Source of the DNA: an uncultured delta proteobacterium
GTDB taxonomy: Bacteria > Myxococcota > B64-G9
NCBI GenBank assembly: GCA_963754925.1
Contig: CAVWHX010000005.1
Coordinates: 64,001-128,000 of the forward strand
Direction: 5' to 3'
Length of the DNA: 64,000 nt
Part shown: piece after piece, positions 10,724 through 20,675 of the stretch
Layout: the number at the start of each line of letters is the position of its first letter
How positions within the stretch are numbered: position 1 is the first letter of the stretch
The notes under the pieces: generated by a model
What the model saw: only the letters and a program-made list of their open reading frames with translations
Databases searched by the model: none
Told to the model about the DNA's origin: nothing
Position numbers and translations under genes: made by a program

Positions 10724-11628
10724 AGCCCGCAGCGCGAAAGCAGGCCGTTGTGCATGCCCGCGAGGAATTTGGGGTGAGCGAACGACGCGCCTGCGGGCTG
10801 ATGAGGATCGGGCGATCGAGCTTTCGGTACCGTTCGGTAGGCCAACTGTATCCGCAGTTGCGGGAGCGTCTTTTAGAGCTTGCGGCGCAGCGGGTACGCT
10901 TCGGATATCGACGGTTGCAGGTGTTATTGCGGCGGGAAGGGTATGTGGTGAATCACAAGCGGGTGTATCGGCTGTATCGGCAAGAGGGATTGAGCGTGAG
11001 GAAGAAGCAGCGCAAGAGATACCGGAGCATCGCGCGGCAGCCGCTGCGTCTTCCGGAAGGACTCAACGAGCGATGGTCGATGGATTTTCTATCTGATTGT
11101 CTCTCAGATGGGCGACGGTTGAAGGTGTTGAGCGTGCTGGATGAATTCAGTCGAGAGAGTCTTGCCTTACCCGTAGACACGTCCATTTCCGGCAGCCGGG
11201 TGGCCAGGATTTTGGACGATATTGCCGCTGAACGGGGTAGGTATCCCGAAGCGATGGTGACGGATAACGGTCCGGAGTTCACGAGTCGTGCGCTGGACCT
11301 CTGGGCGTACCGGCATGGGGTGCAGTTGCATTTTATCGAGCCAGGCAAGCCGGTGCAGAATGCCCTGATCGAAAGCTTCAACGGCAAATTTCGAGATGAA
11401 TGTCTCAATCAACATTGGTTTATAAATCTACAAGATGCTCGTAATAAAATCGAATCATGGCGGATGGATTACAATCATGTGCGGCCACACAGCTCGCTGG
11501 GACAGGAGACACCGGCGGAGTTCGCGCGACAGTTTTCAGAGCTTCGGTCGCCTCCGGCTCCCTTCGCTCTGAAAACTGTTGTTGCTATGGATAAAGGAAC
11601 GATGGTTAACCATGAACAACTCTCATAG
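10717..11628 (+). CDS. IS3-family transposase OrfB (DDE)
   Basis: WSMDF, TDNGPEF, GKPVQNALIESFNG, YNHVRPHSSLG; -1 frame relative to orfA. Confidence 0.95.
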   Translation: MVKPAARKQAVVHAREEFGVSERRACGLMRIGRSSFRYRSVGQLYPQLRERLLELAAQRVRFGYRRLQVLLRREGYVVNHKRVYRLYRQEGLSVRKKQRKRYRSIARQPLRLPEGLNERWSMDFLSDCLSDGRRLKVLSVLDEFSRESLALPVDTSISGSRVARILDDIAAERGRYPEAMVTDNGPEFTSRALDLWAYRHGVQLHFIEPGKPVQNALIESFNGKFRDECLNQHWFINLQDARNKIESWRMDYNHVRPHSSLGQETPAEFARQFSELRSPPAPFALKTVVAMDKGTMVNHEQLS

Positions 11629-12080
11629 AGAGTGGTCCTATGAACGGGGGCACGTCAGCGCGGCGCGCCGGTATTGACCTCGCTGAAAATATCGCGCGGA
11701 AAGATCTACGACCTTACGGCCATCGAAGAACCGGATATCGTGGTCGTGCTCGATCATCTGCTGCTTACGGAAGTCGACGTGCTGAACGGCCTGCGGCCGG
11801 GCGGCCGCATTGTGCTCAACACGCCGCACCCTTTGGAGACATACCGCGTGAACGGCAACTCCCTGGCGGTGGCGGACGTCACGGCCCTGTTGGTTCAGGC
11901 GGGCCTTGCGCACGGCATGGTGAACGCCGGCATCATCGGGCTTTTGGCGCGCTGCATTCCAGCTATCCCCTTTGAACTCATGCTCTCGTGCATCGAGACC
12001 GAGTTTCGGGACAGAAAGCCGCAGGCCAACGCAACGGCCGCCAAGCTGGCTTATGAACAGGCCCTGCTCAAGGAGCGACG

Positions 12081-12395
12081 ATGAACACGCGCGGCTACCG
12101 CTACAAGATTTCCCTGAGCGAGCCCGGTAAGGGCGACGGCGGTCGGACCGGCTCTTGGCGGGTGGAACGGCCGGTGATAGATGAGGCCACGTGCCTGGCG
12201 GGCAAGAAAAAGGCCGAGGTGTGCATGCTGTGCTGGATGTACTGCCCGGATGCCGTGATCAGCCGAAGCGCGCCTCCGACAATCGATTACGAATACTGCA
12301 AGGGTTGCGGGATCTGCGCCGAGGAGTGTCCGGCCAAGGCCATCGCCATGGTGGACGAGGCGCAGTTCGCCAAGAACGAGGATGTATGCATGTAA
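12081..12395 (+). CDS. porD: 2-oxoacid:ferredoxin oxidoreductase delta subunit
   Basis: TGSWRVERPVID, CxxCWxYCPD, DYEYCKGCGICAEECP. Confidence 0.92.
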   Translation: MNTRGYRYKISLSEPGKGDGGRTGSWRVERPVIDEATCLAGKKKAEVCMLCWMYCPDAVISRSAPPTIDYEYCKGCGICAEECPAKAIAMVDEAQFAKNEDVCM

Positions 12396-13579
12396 TTGAA
12401 AACGGCAACACGGCCGCGGCCCTGGGAGTCAAGCTGGCCCGGGCGAGCGTGATTGCGGCCTATCCCATCACCCCGCAGACGCCGCTCACCGAGAAGCTCG
12501 CCAAGATGATCGACTCCGGCGAGATGCGCGCCGAATACATCCCGGTCGAGAGCGAGCATTCGGCCCTGGCGGTCTGCATGGCCGCCTGTTCGGCCGGGAC
12601 CAGGACCTTTACCGCCACCTGCGCCAACGGCCTGCTCTACATGCACGAACAGGTGCAGTGGGCCGCGGGAGCGCGGTTGCCGCTGGTCATGTGCGTGGTG
12701 AATCGGGCCGTGGGCGCGCCCTGGAATGTCTGGAACGACCAGCAGGATTCCATCTCGCAGCGCGACACCGGCTGGATTCAGATCTACGCGAGCGACCATC
12801 AGCAGATCATCGACGGCGTTATTAAGGCCTTTTATCTGGCCGAACGGGTAAACATCCCGGTCATGCTCTGTTACGATGGCTACATCCTTTCACACACCCA
12901 TATGCCCTTTGAACTGCCGGAGTCCGAGGCGGTCGACCGCTTCCTGATGCCCTTCAAACCCGATTACCTGCTCGATCCGGCCCATCCCGCCAATTTGAAT
13001 ACGGTCACCCTGCCGGACGTGCGCACGGACGTGCGCGGCGAGCTGGCGCACGGCTACATGGAGATCCGCTGCCTGCTGCAAGAGGATTTGCAGGCCGTGC
13101 TCGAAGCCGCGCAGGCGACCGAGAATCGTTTCAAGGAAATCTTCGGCCGCGGCGGCGATGCCTTCATGGAGCCCTACCGTCTGGAGGACGCCCGCTATGT
13201 CGTGCTGGGCCTGGGGTCTATCACCTATCAGTTGCACGACGTGGTGGACCGCTTGCGGGCCGAAGGCCTGGCCCTGGGCGTTTTGGGCGTGCGGCTTTAC
13301 CGGCCCTTCCCGGCCGAGGCCCTGGCGCTGGCGGTGCGCCACGTCCAAGGTCTGATCGTCATCGAAAAGGCGCTCTCCTACGGCTACGAAGGGGCGCTGT
13401 GCTCCGATCTCAAGGCAGCCCTGTACACCCATGCCGGTCCTGCTCGTCCCTGGGTGAAGGGCTATATCGCAGGCATCGGCGGCCGCGAAATCAAGACCGC
13501 CGATCTGACACACACGCTGCGTGCAGCCGTCCAGAGCCCGGAAGACTCCGCCACGCCCTGGATCGGGATCAAACTCTAG
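12386..13579 (+). CDS. porA: 2-oxoacid:ferredoxin oxidoreductase alpha subunit
   Basis: AAYPITPQT, VESEHSA, NRAVGAP, DGYILSH, RLYRPFP. Confidence 0.93.
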   Translation: MHVIENGNTAAALGVKLARASVIAAYPITPQTPLTEKLAKMIDSGEMRAEYIPVESEHSALAVCMAACSAGTRTFTATCANGLLYMHEQVQWAAGARLPLVMCVVNRAVGAPWNVWNDQQDSISQRDTGWIQIYASDHQQIIDGVIKAFYLAERVNIPVMLCYDGYILSHTHMPFELPESEAVDRFLMPFKPDYLLDPAHPANLNTVTLPDVRTDVRGELAHGYMEIRCLLQEDLQAVLEAAQATENRFKEIFGRGGDAFMEPYRLEDARYVVLGLGSITYQLHDVVDRLRAEGLALGVLGVRLYRPFPAEALALAVRHVQGLIVIEKALSYGYEGALCSDLKAALYTHAGPARPWVKGYIAGIGGREIKTADLTHTLRAAVQSPEDSATPWIGIKL

Positions 13580-13592
13580 GGAGGGCCGCACC

Positions 13593-14495
13593 GTGTCCGC
13601 TAAAACCAGAGCGCCAGGTCTTCCGCGCGAAGAACCGGTTAACCCCGGCAACCGAGCCTGCACCGGTTGCGGGCTCGGCATTGCTTACCGCACCGGGCTC
13701 AAGGCCCTGGGGCCGGACACCATTCTGGTGGTGCCGCCCAGTTGTTTGACGGTGTTGCAAGGACTCTTCCCGATCGCCTCCACCAAGCTGCCGTGCCTGA
13801 ATGTGACCTTTGCCTCCAGCGCGGCCGCGGCCACCGGCATTCTGGCGGCGCTCAAGGTGCGCGGTCTGCCGAATACCAAGGTGGCGGTATGGGCAGGCGA
13901 CGGCGGCACCAGCGATATCGGCATTCAGGCGCTTTCCGGGGCTGCCGAGCGCGGCGATGACTTTATCTATCTGTGCTATGACAACGAAGGCTATATGAAC
14001 ACCGGCGCGCAGCGCTCGGGCACCACCCCCCTGGGCGCGCTGACCGCCAATACCCCCTATACCGGCAAACCCCAGCAGAAGAAGGACGTACCGGCCATCA
14101 TGGCGGCCCACGGCATCCGCTATGTGGCCACCGCATCGGCGGCCTATCCGCTGGATCTCTACGACAAGGTGAAAAAGGCTCTCAGCATGATCGGCACCAA
14201 ATACATCCATATCCACACTCCCTGTCCGCCGGGCTGGGGTTACGATACCTGCTTGAGTGTCAAGATCGGCAAGCTGGCCGTGCAGAGCGGCTACTACGAT
14301 CTCTATGAAGTCGATGGCGGCGCATTCACCTTAAGCCCGGCTTCGGAGAGTCGTTTGAGGAAAAAGCGTATCCCGGTGCGCGAGTTTTTCCGGACCCAAG
14401 CGCGTTTCAAGGCCCTGGGAGAGGACCGGATCGAAGAACTCCAAGCCCTCATCGACCAAAAGTGGCGGGGTTATCAGGGCATGGTTCCCCGATAG
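13593..14495 (+). CDS. porB: 2-oxoacid:ferredoxin oxidoreductase beta subunit (TPP-binding)
   Basis: ACTGCG, GDGGTSDIG, YDNEGYMNTG, PCPPGW. Confidence 0.93.
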   Translation: MSAKTRAPGLPREEPVNPGNRACTGCGLGIAYRTGLKALGPDTILVVPPSCLTVLQGLFPIASTKLPCLNVTFASSAAAATGILAALKVRGLPNTKVAVWAGDGGTSDIGIQALSGAAERGDDFIYLCYDNEGYMNTGAQRSGTTPLGALTANTPYTGKPQQKKDVPAIMAAHGIRYVATASAAYPLDLYDKVKKALSMIGTKYIHIHTPCPPGWGYDTCLSVKIGKLAVQSGYYDLYEVDGGAFTLSPASESRLRKKRIPVREFFRTQARFKALGEDRIEELQALIDQKWRGYQGMVPR

Positions 14496-14562
14496 TGCAA
14501 AATGTGGCCTTTACCCGTTACCTAAGAGGCTGGCACCTATTTTAGGGTGAGCATATTTTTTG

Positions 14563-14812
14563 ATGCAAAGGGCCCTTATCGCTTCGGCCGGCACAGCTCG
14601 ATCCAGTCAATGATGACATCGAGTGCTAATCTGACATTGCCCACCTGGCAGTGGTTCTGAGCGTTCTCCATCCTGGTGAATATTCTGCCGGTGACCGATC
14701 GGGCGTTAATGAGGGCCTTCATCTGGTCGTGGAACTGTGAGGTGGGGACATAGTGATCTTCTGATCCGGCAAGCAGAAGCACATCCTGCGTGATCAACTT
14801 TGAAATATCTTT
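14563..14812. repeat. Second copy of the 250-bp direct repeat (pairs with 1964..2213)
   Basis: Direct sequence comparison, offset 12599 bp. Confidence 0.95.
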
Positions 14813-15715
14813 CGTTGTAAAATTGAGGAGTCGTCTGAAAAGTCGGTAAGGGGAATCCGCGCCCACGACACGCATACCGTGGTTTATCCCCCATTCAGCG
14901 TGCAAATCCGTTTTCATGATCAATGCCACGACGGGGTTGATGATAAAAGACGCCCCGGCCGCGAGGAGCAGCTGCATGGCATATTTCCCGGCCGACCCTT
15001 TGCGCTTCAGGAAACATTCAATGAATGTATACATCACGTCAAAGGCGACGACCCTTGAAATTCGCTTGTCATAGGCGGCGGCCCGCAGCGCGAGGCATCC
15101 GCCCAGTGAATGACCGATCAGCGTCACGTCGGTCAGCCTGCAATAATCAAGCACCGCAGACGCGGGTTTTTCCCATGCATGGGTCATGGGCATTCCGTTC
15201 TTTTTGAGCGGCGCGCCCTGTCCCGGTCCTTCAAAGGCGATGACCTCATACCCTGACGCATTCAAATAGAGCATCATAGGATATAGCTCTTCCAGGAATG
15301 AGTCGAAACCGCCGTGCAGGACGATAGTCCCCTTATCAGCGTCTCCTTTCACCAAGACCGCAGGCAGATATGCGTTTTCATAGGGTATGGAAATACTGGT
15401 TATGTTTTCATCCCGAAACAGCGCGCGCATCAGTTCGGTGTATTTATCGTGGGCTGCATTTTTGTCGGGATCGCGCGGATCCATAAAGAATTCAGCCAGA
15501 CGATAGTAATGGGCCGCGTTCATGAGCCGGCGTTCCTTTTCGGCGAGCATAGCAATCGACAGGGTCTCCCTTTTCCAGTCGGCATAGTTATGAATACGGG
15601 GTGCTATCGCCATGATATCTTCATCTCGGATCCCGGCCGCAAAGCGGTTGAATTGGAAATTGAGCTCAGGTATAGGGTGATAGTCCTTGTATCCGGTATG
15701 AAAAGTGATATTCAT
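14576..15715 (-). CDS. Alpha/beta hydrolase (FrsA/DUF1100-like)
   Basis: GGFDS, FEGPGQG, GHSLGG nucleophile, ED-H and HCQVGN. Confidence 0.85.
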   Translation of the reverse strand: MNITFHTGYKDYHPIPELNFQFNRFAAGIRDEDIMAIAPRIHNYADWKRETLSIAMLAEKERRLMNAAHYYRLAEFFMDPRDPDKNAAHDKYTELMRALFRDENITSISIPYENAYLPAVLVKGDADKGTIVLHGGFDSFLEELYPMMLYLNASGYEVIAFEGPGQGAPLKKNGMPMTHAWEKPASAVLDYCRLTDVTLIGHSLGGCLALRAAAYDKRISRVVAFDVMYTFIECFLKRKGSAGKYAMQLLLAAGASFIINPVVALIMKTDLHAEWGINHGMRVVGADSPYRLFRRLLNFTTKDISKLITQDVLLLAGSEDHYVPTSQFHDQMKALINARSVTGRIFTRMENAQNHCQVGNVRLALDVIIDWIELCRPKR

Positions 15716-15761
15716 ATCTCAGCCTGCCGTTCAGGGTTATACGATGAGCTTGTACATGATG

Positions 15762-16618
15762 TCAGATTTTAGGGGAAACAGTGCGCTCGAGGCCGTAGTC
15801 GTGGTATAAAGCGGGCAAAATTTCAGCCAGATTAGTGTATTCTCGAGCGCAGTGCAGCGCCATTTGATAGGGCGTATCCCGAGGAATAGCCAGTCTTCTG
15901 ACTAATCTCGTGTTCGCAAAACGATTAATGACCGACTTTTCCGGGAATATGTTCAGTTTGATGTTTCCCCGATCCAGAAGCGGCTGCGCATCTCGACGCC
16001 ATCTGCCGTATTCCGGACAAAATGGCACATGCGCGTATGTCGGACCTTTTTGGTCACCGAACCGACAACGGAGCAGATGACCGTTGCCACCCCAGCCTGT
16101 GCGAACCGCGACGTATCGAATCCAAAATCTTCGGGTGGGGCAAAAGTTATGGACAGAATGTCCAAACCGATGCCGATGTCCTCTACCGGGTAATGGGGGT
16201 TATTCAGGAACCGTTCTCGAACCGACAGCGAGGAATTTTCAAGCCGCGCTCGGTCCGCGACACTAATCCCCGCGTGGGAGCCTGGGTACCAGATTTTATA
16301 ACGCAGGTTCTCGAGAGCATGCCACCAGAACCACCAGTGAAGCATCTCTACGCTTACCCCCGGCATTTTCGTCAACACGGCGACGTAATAGGTATTGTCC
16401 GGCATACGGCAGTGGCCGGTTTCCACCGCATGGTATCCCGGATTCAAAAGGTCGTTTATCCTCTCAAAGGGAAGGGCGTCAGACGGATCTATGGGACCCC
16501 TTTGTATGGCATGCATAGTTTCTTCAGGCACCGTGGCGAGTTTCTTATAGAAATATTTAGCATAGGGTTTGGCTTTTTCTTCTTCCGTGAGTTCAGCCTG
16601 AAAATGCCTATTTTTCAT
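15762..16618 (-). CDS. PhlG/DAPG-hydrolase family protein (frameshift near 15965)
   Basis: WWFWWH...RYKIWYPGSH, EDIG, RSRFWIG; HCAREY continues in the adjacent frame after a G/A run. Confidence 0.8.
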
Positions 16619-16850
16619 ATAACTCACCAAATTATGATTCACCGTAAGAGACCAATATTGAAAACATGTAGTCCTGTCAACCATTCTCTCAAAAAACTGG
16701 TTTGACAGACTGAACTACTTTATACCCGATTTGTCTTAGAGCTTGTTACCGAGCGAAGGGAGGCTTAAAATTTTTTTATCTGATGCTCTGGCTGTTACTG
16801 ATAGGCTGGCACTCAGCCTAGGGGTTTCTGCTGCCGACTACAAGCAATCA

Positions 16851-17498
16851 TCAATCCCACGTGGTTCGAACCTGTTGGCGAACCGTCTTGATGCCGTTTT
16901 TTTCGCCGTCCGGTTCCGGCTCCGTCCAGTCTGCCCGCGGATTTTTCCCGCCTGAGAGCACTACCAGCCGGTGCACGAACTCAGTTGAATAAATCTGGTT
17001 AAATGGGGCGGCGAAGGCGGGCCATCCATGAATAAGGGTCTCCGCAATGCCCTTATCGATAATGCGCACTTCGGTGCTGCCAAAATCAAAATATTGTTTG
17101 TGAATAACTGGTATTCGTCGCATAGCTGTTTCGGGAGAAGTAAAAAATAATAGCACGACATACACACCACTGAGATCCCTCTCAGTGTGCAGGGCTGCAT
17201 GCTCTTTCAGCGTCTCATAGGGCGAACGCCCCGTGGCAGCAACGACCGCTCTGGAGAAAGGAATTCCCGGCAGGTAGTCGTACCATTTGTTTGGCATGAA
17301 TTTTTGTCGGAAGAACTCTCGTGTTGTCGGATCATCGATCAGCTCAACCACTCGATCAAACCCAGCGGGCACCAATTTATCAGTGCGGAATCGTAAATCT
17401 GAATAGGCGGTGCCCTTGATATTGAAGGGGCTGGTGCCAGCAGGTACCGGAAGCTTTGGTGGTAGCAGCGTATCAAGCACACTATCGTTAGCCATCAA
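16851..17498 (-). CDS. V4R/DUF2378-like protein, probable distant paralog of 6008..6580
   Basis: IKG, KWYD, DLSGVY..LL, QYFDFG, terminal W. Confidence 0.5.
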   Translation of the reverse strand: MMANDSVLDTLLPPKLPVPAGTSPFNIKGTAYSDLRFRTDKLVPAGFDRVVELIDDPTTREFFRQKFMPNKWYDYLPGIPFSRAVVAATGRSPYETLKEHAALHTERDLSGVYVVLLFFTSPETAMRRIPVIHKQYFDFGSTEVRIIDKGIAETLIHGWPAFAAPFNQIYSTEFVHRLVVLSGGKNPRADWTEPEPDGEKNGIKTVRQQVRTTWD

Positions 17499-17726
17499 AG
17501 CACCTCCCCCGGTTAAGCGACTACTTTGAAAGATGCGGTGTTTCTATAAAGCCATAATAAATATATTCTTGATTCAGGTTCGAGTCAAACCAAGAGAAAA
17601 ACCTCAATAATACCAAGACTCGGTAGTGCCTCAAACTGAGGCACTACTCAAAACTCTTTTATTTTGCGGTTGCATTATTAAGATAATAGTATCGGCGCAC
17701 CAAAAAGAAAAAATGCGGAGGATTCA

Positions 17727-18782
17727 GTGAATAAAACATATCATCGTAATTCGTTTTTCAGCATTATTCCGCCGCACATGCTCGACCAGATCGCGCGAAA
17801 CGGCAACAAAGCTCAAAGGGAATGGGCCCTTGACACGTTGGCGGTCGATCATACCATCAGATCGGTACGATTGGCAGAAAGGCCACGAGCCCAAGCGCTG
17901 AGGGACGCAACGCCGGGGCAGGCGCAGCGTACCATCTATTCGGCGAAACATACGACCGACCTGCCGGGGACGGTGGTCCGTACGGAAGGGCAGGGGAAGA
18001 CCTCGGATGTCGAGATCAACGAGGCGTACGATTACCTCGGCGCGACCTATGATTTGTACTGGAACGCCTATCATCGAGATTCGATCGATGACGCCGGCAT
18101 ACCGCTTCTCGGAATAGTTCATTACGGCATAAGGTATGACAACGCGTTCTGGGACGGGGCGGAAATGGTTTTCGGCGACGGCGACGGCAAACTGTTTAAC
18201 CGATTCACCATAGCCTCCGATGTGGTCGGTCACGAACTCACCCACGGTGTTACCGAACATGAGGTAAACCTTACATACTTCAATCAGGCGGGCGCGTTGA
18301 ATGAATCGGTTTCCGACGTGTTCGGCTCGCTCGTGAAACAATACCTCCACAAACAAACCGCCAATACGGCTGATTGGCTCATAGGCGCGGGGCTGCTCGC
18401 CAAGGGCCTGAAGGGCAAGGCGCTGCGCTCAATGGCGGCCCCGGGAACCGCTTATAACGATCCTGTCCTCGGGAAAGATCCCCAGCCGGCCCATATGAAC
18501 GATTACGTTCACACCACCCAGGATAATGGCGGGGTTCACATCAACTCGGGAATCCCGAACCACGCGTTCTACCTTGTCGCTACCACCATCGGCGGAAAAG
18601 CCTGGGAGAAGTCCGGCAGGATCTGGTACGATACGATTTGTGACCCGAGGTTCAAAGCGAATGCGGGATTTGCCGCATTTGCGAAACGCACTGTGGCCAA
18701 CGCAACTCATTTGTACGGGGCCAAAGCAAAACAAACCAAGGCGGTACAGGATGCATGGATGGCGGTAGGTGTTGCGACGTGA
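17727..18782 (+). CDS. M4 metallopeptidase, protealysin-like
   Basis: IIPPHML propeptide, NAFWDG, HELTH, GALNES.SD, DNGGVHINSG. Confidence 0.95.
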   Translation: MNKTYHRNSFFSIIPPHMLDQIARNGNKAQREWALDTLAVDHTIRSVRLAERPRAQALRDATPGQAQRTIYSAKHTTDLPGTVVRTEGQGKTSDVEINEAYDYLGATYDLYWNAYHRDSIDDAGIPLLGIVHYGIRYDNAFWDGAEMVFGDGDGKLFNRFTIASDVVGHELTHGVTEHEVNLTYFNQAGALNESVSDVFGSLVKQYLHKQTANTADWLIGAGLLAKGLKGKALRSMAAPGTAYNDPVLGKDPQPAHMNDYVHTTQDNGGVHINSGIPNHAFYLVATTIGGKAWEKSGRIWYDTICDPRFKANAGFAAFAKRTVANATHLYGAKAKQTKAVQDAWMAVGVAT

Positions 18783-18794
18783 AGAAATAAAGAC

Positions 18795-19133
18795 ATGAGA
18801 AAAACGGCCAACGTAGTGTCATTCGGTACGAGTTCAATAATCTCCATTGCGCGCGAAGGCGGTTTCGCGTGTATACCCGGTCTCGCGAAACCGAGGAGGA
18901 TTGTGCTCTCGGCGTGCGGCGAAGATGAGAGAAACCGTATTACCGAGTTGATACGATCGGCTGCCACGCGCGCGGTACCGGATGTCGGGAGCGGCGATCA
19001 GCGCTATTACCGGATCGAGATCCTCACGGGGCCATCGGTAAAAAAACCGGCCCAGACATTTCTGCTTGCCGAGAAGGACGCTTCCGAAGAGATCGTTAAG
19101 CTCTGGGAGAAAGCCAGCGAAGCAGTCTGCTAG
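18795..19133 (+). CDS. Emfourin-like protealysin inhibitor
   Basis: REGGFA..PGL and GDQRYYRIEI motifs; directly downstream of the protease. Confidence 0.8.
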   Translation: MRKTANVVSFGTSSIISIAREGGFACIPGLAKPRRIVLSACGEDERNRITELIRSAATRAVPDVGSGDQRYYRIEILTGPSVKKPAQTFLLAEKDASEEIVKLWEKASEAVC

Positions 19134-19234
19134 AACTGGTGCTCGATCGGCTCATGGACAAAAAAGTTGTTGGCACTGTGCTGACGACCGGTAAGAAGAT
19201 TTGGACGCCTGTCGGTGACCAGTTGACCCTTGAG

Positions 19235-20429
19235 TTAAGTTTTAATTCTAGCCTCAGATCTTTTGAGCATCGGTAAGAATGCGGTGCGTTCGTTCTCAAC
19301 AAGCTCTACCGCAGAACGCGAGCACTGATGCACGCATTGCCCGCACCCGATGCATTTCTTGGTAGCGATAATCGCTTTTTTATCCACGATGGAAATCGCT
19401 GCCGTCGGGCAGCATTTTTCACATTTGTTGCATCCAATACATTTTGAACTATCAGCGATCTTCGCCAGGTAGTAGCTATGATAGCGCAACGGCACAGCCG
19501 CCATGTTGTAGGATCGCAGTATTCCGCAACAGTCCCAGCAGCAGTTGCAAATGCCGATTTGAGGAAGGTTGGTATCATCCTTTTCATGAAATACGGTATG
19601 GATGGCGCCCATGTCTCTAGCTTTTTGAACAACATCAAAAGCCTCTTCTTTGCTGATTTGGTGTGCATGTCCATACTTAATGTAGGGTTTAATTTCATTG
19701 CCAAAACCTATGCATCCTCCATTGTCGGGCATCTTAAGGCGGCAGGGATCATTAATGTTTGATGTAATCGTTCTGCACATACACTTGAACTGACCGATGA
19801 TACTTTTACTTCCGTATTCGAGTATCAAATCATTGACGGATTTTGTTGGATAAATCTTTGAATCAGGAACATCAATGGTGCGATTAATTACTACCGTGGA
19901 TTTCCCTTTTGCATCCTTTGACTCATGAATTAAGCCAACACTGTGATTCGATACTCGTGCATGCTTTGCCATCAAGTTCATTAAGTTTTCTGAAGGGGAA
20001 GAAATTGTGGTTTCGCAACGTTTCAAATAATCCCATAATCCTCCGGGCGAACTCCTTTTCTTCGGGTTTCCCCTTTAAGTACGGGACCTGTGCTTCATAC
20101 CACCCGACGATAAAAGGATTGAGCGTATATCGTTCTTCCCCTGTCTCAGTATATCTCGTTCCTATAAACCCCTTTTGTTTGAGGGATTCGAATAGAGAAT
20201 TGAATTTCTCACCGTTCATATCACTTACAGCTGCAGCCTGTTCATATGAGTACAAATCCGTGCGCAAATGCAGGAGAAGGTCGAGCTCGTCTTCGGTGAG
20301 AACTAAATCGATAATTTTAAGAAATGAATTAACCGGTGGAAAGGGCCTTTTATTTTGCTTGTTCATCAGCAAGACAAGCTCTCTGAGATCACGTTTCTTT
20401 TTTTGCAGACTTATATTTTTTCCTGGCAT
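19235..20429 (-). CDS. 4Fe-4S binding protein, paralog of 4418..5731 (frameshift near 19990)
   Basis: Two overlapping ORFs; CMCR, CNCCWDCC and two CxxCxxCxxxC motifs. Confidence 0.8.
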
Positions 20430-20675
20430 ATCCCTCTCCTCAATAACCCTCTGAAGAATGCTTCATTCAAGTCTCACCTTGAGCGCCCGCCAAAAGAAAA
20501 TAGCGCGTTCCCCCCTTCCTCTGAAGAAGAACAGTAGAGTTTGTCCTTCGTAAGAGATAACAATTCCAACTCCTGTTCCGATATATAGTTTCACGGAGAC
20601 AGGGGTTGTAATTATCCAGACAGGATAGAAATCATGGCTGTTTTTAGTAGTCAAGAATAAAGGATGGTTGAGCGG

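Larger units (their letters stand above)
10382..11657 (+). mobile_element. IS3-family (IS407-group-like) insertion sequence, 1276 bp
   Basis: Terminal IRs TGACGTGCCCCC..GGACCA; 4-bp target duplication GCGC (10378-10381 and 11658-11661); orfA/orfB layout. Confidence 0.95.
10238..12084 (+). pseudogene. porC: 2-oxoacid:ferredoxin oxidoreductase gamma subunit interrupted by an IS
   Basis: IRWHGRGGQGAITA...FGTERR, then the IS, then GAPVLT. Removing the IS and one GCGC copy restores the frame (ERRGAPV). Confidence 0.92.
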
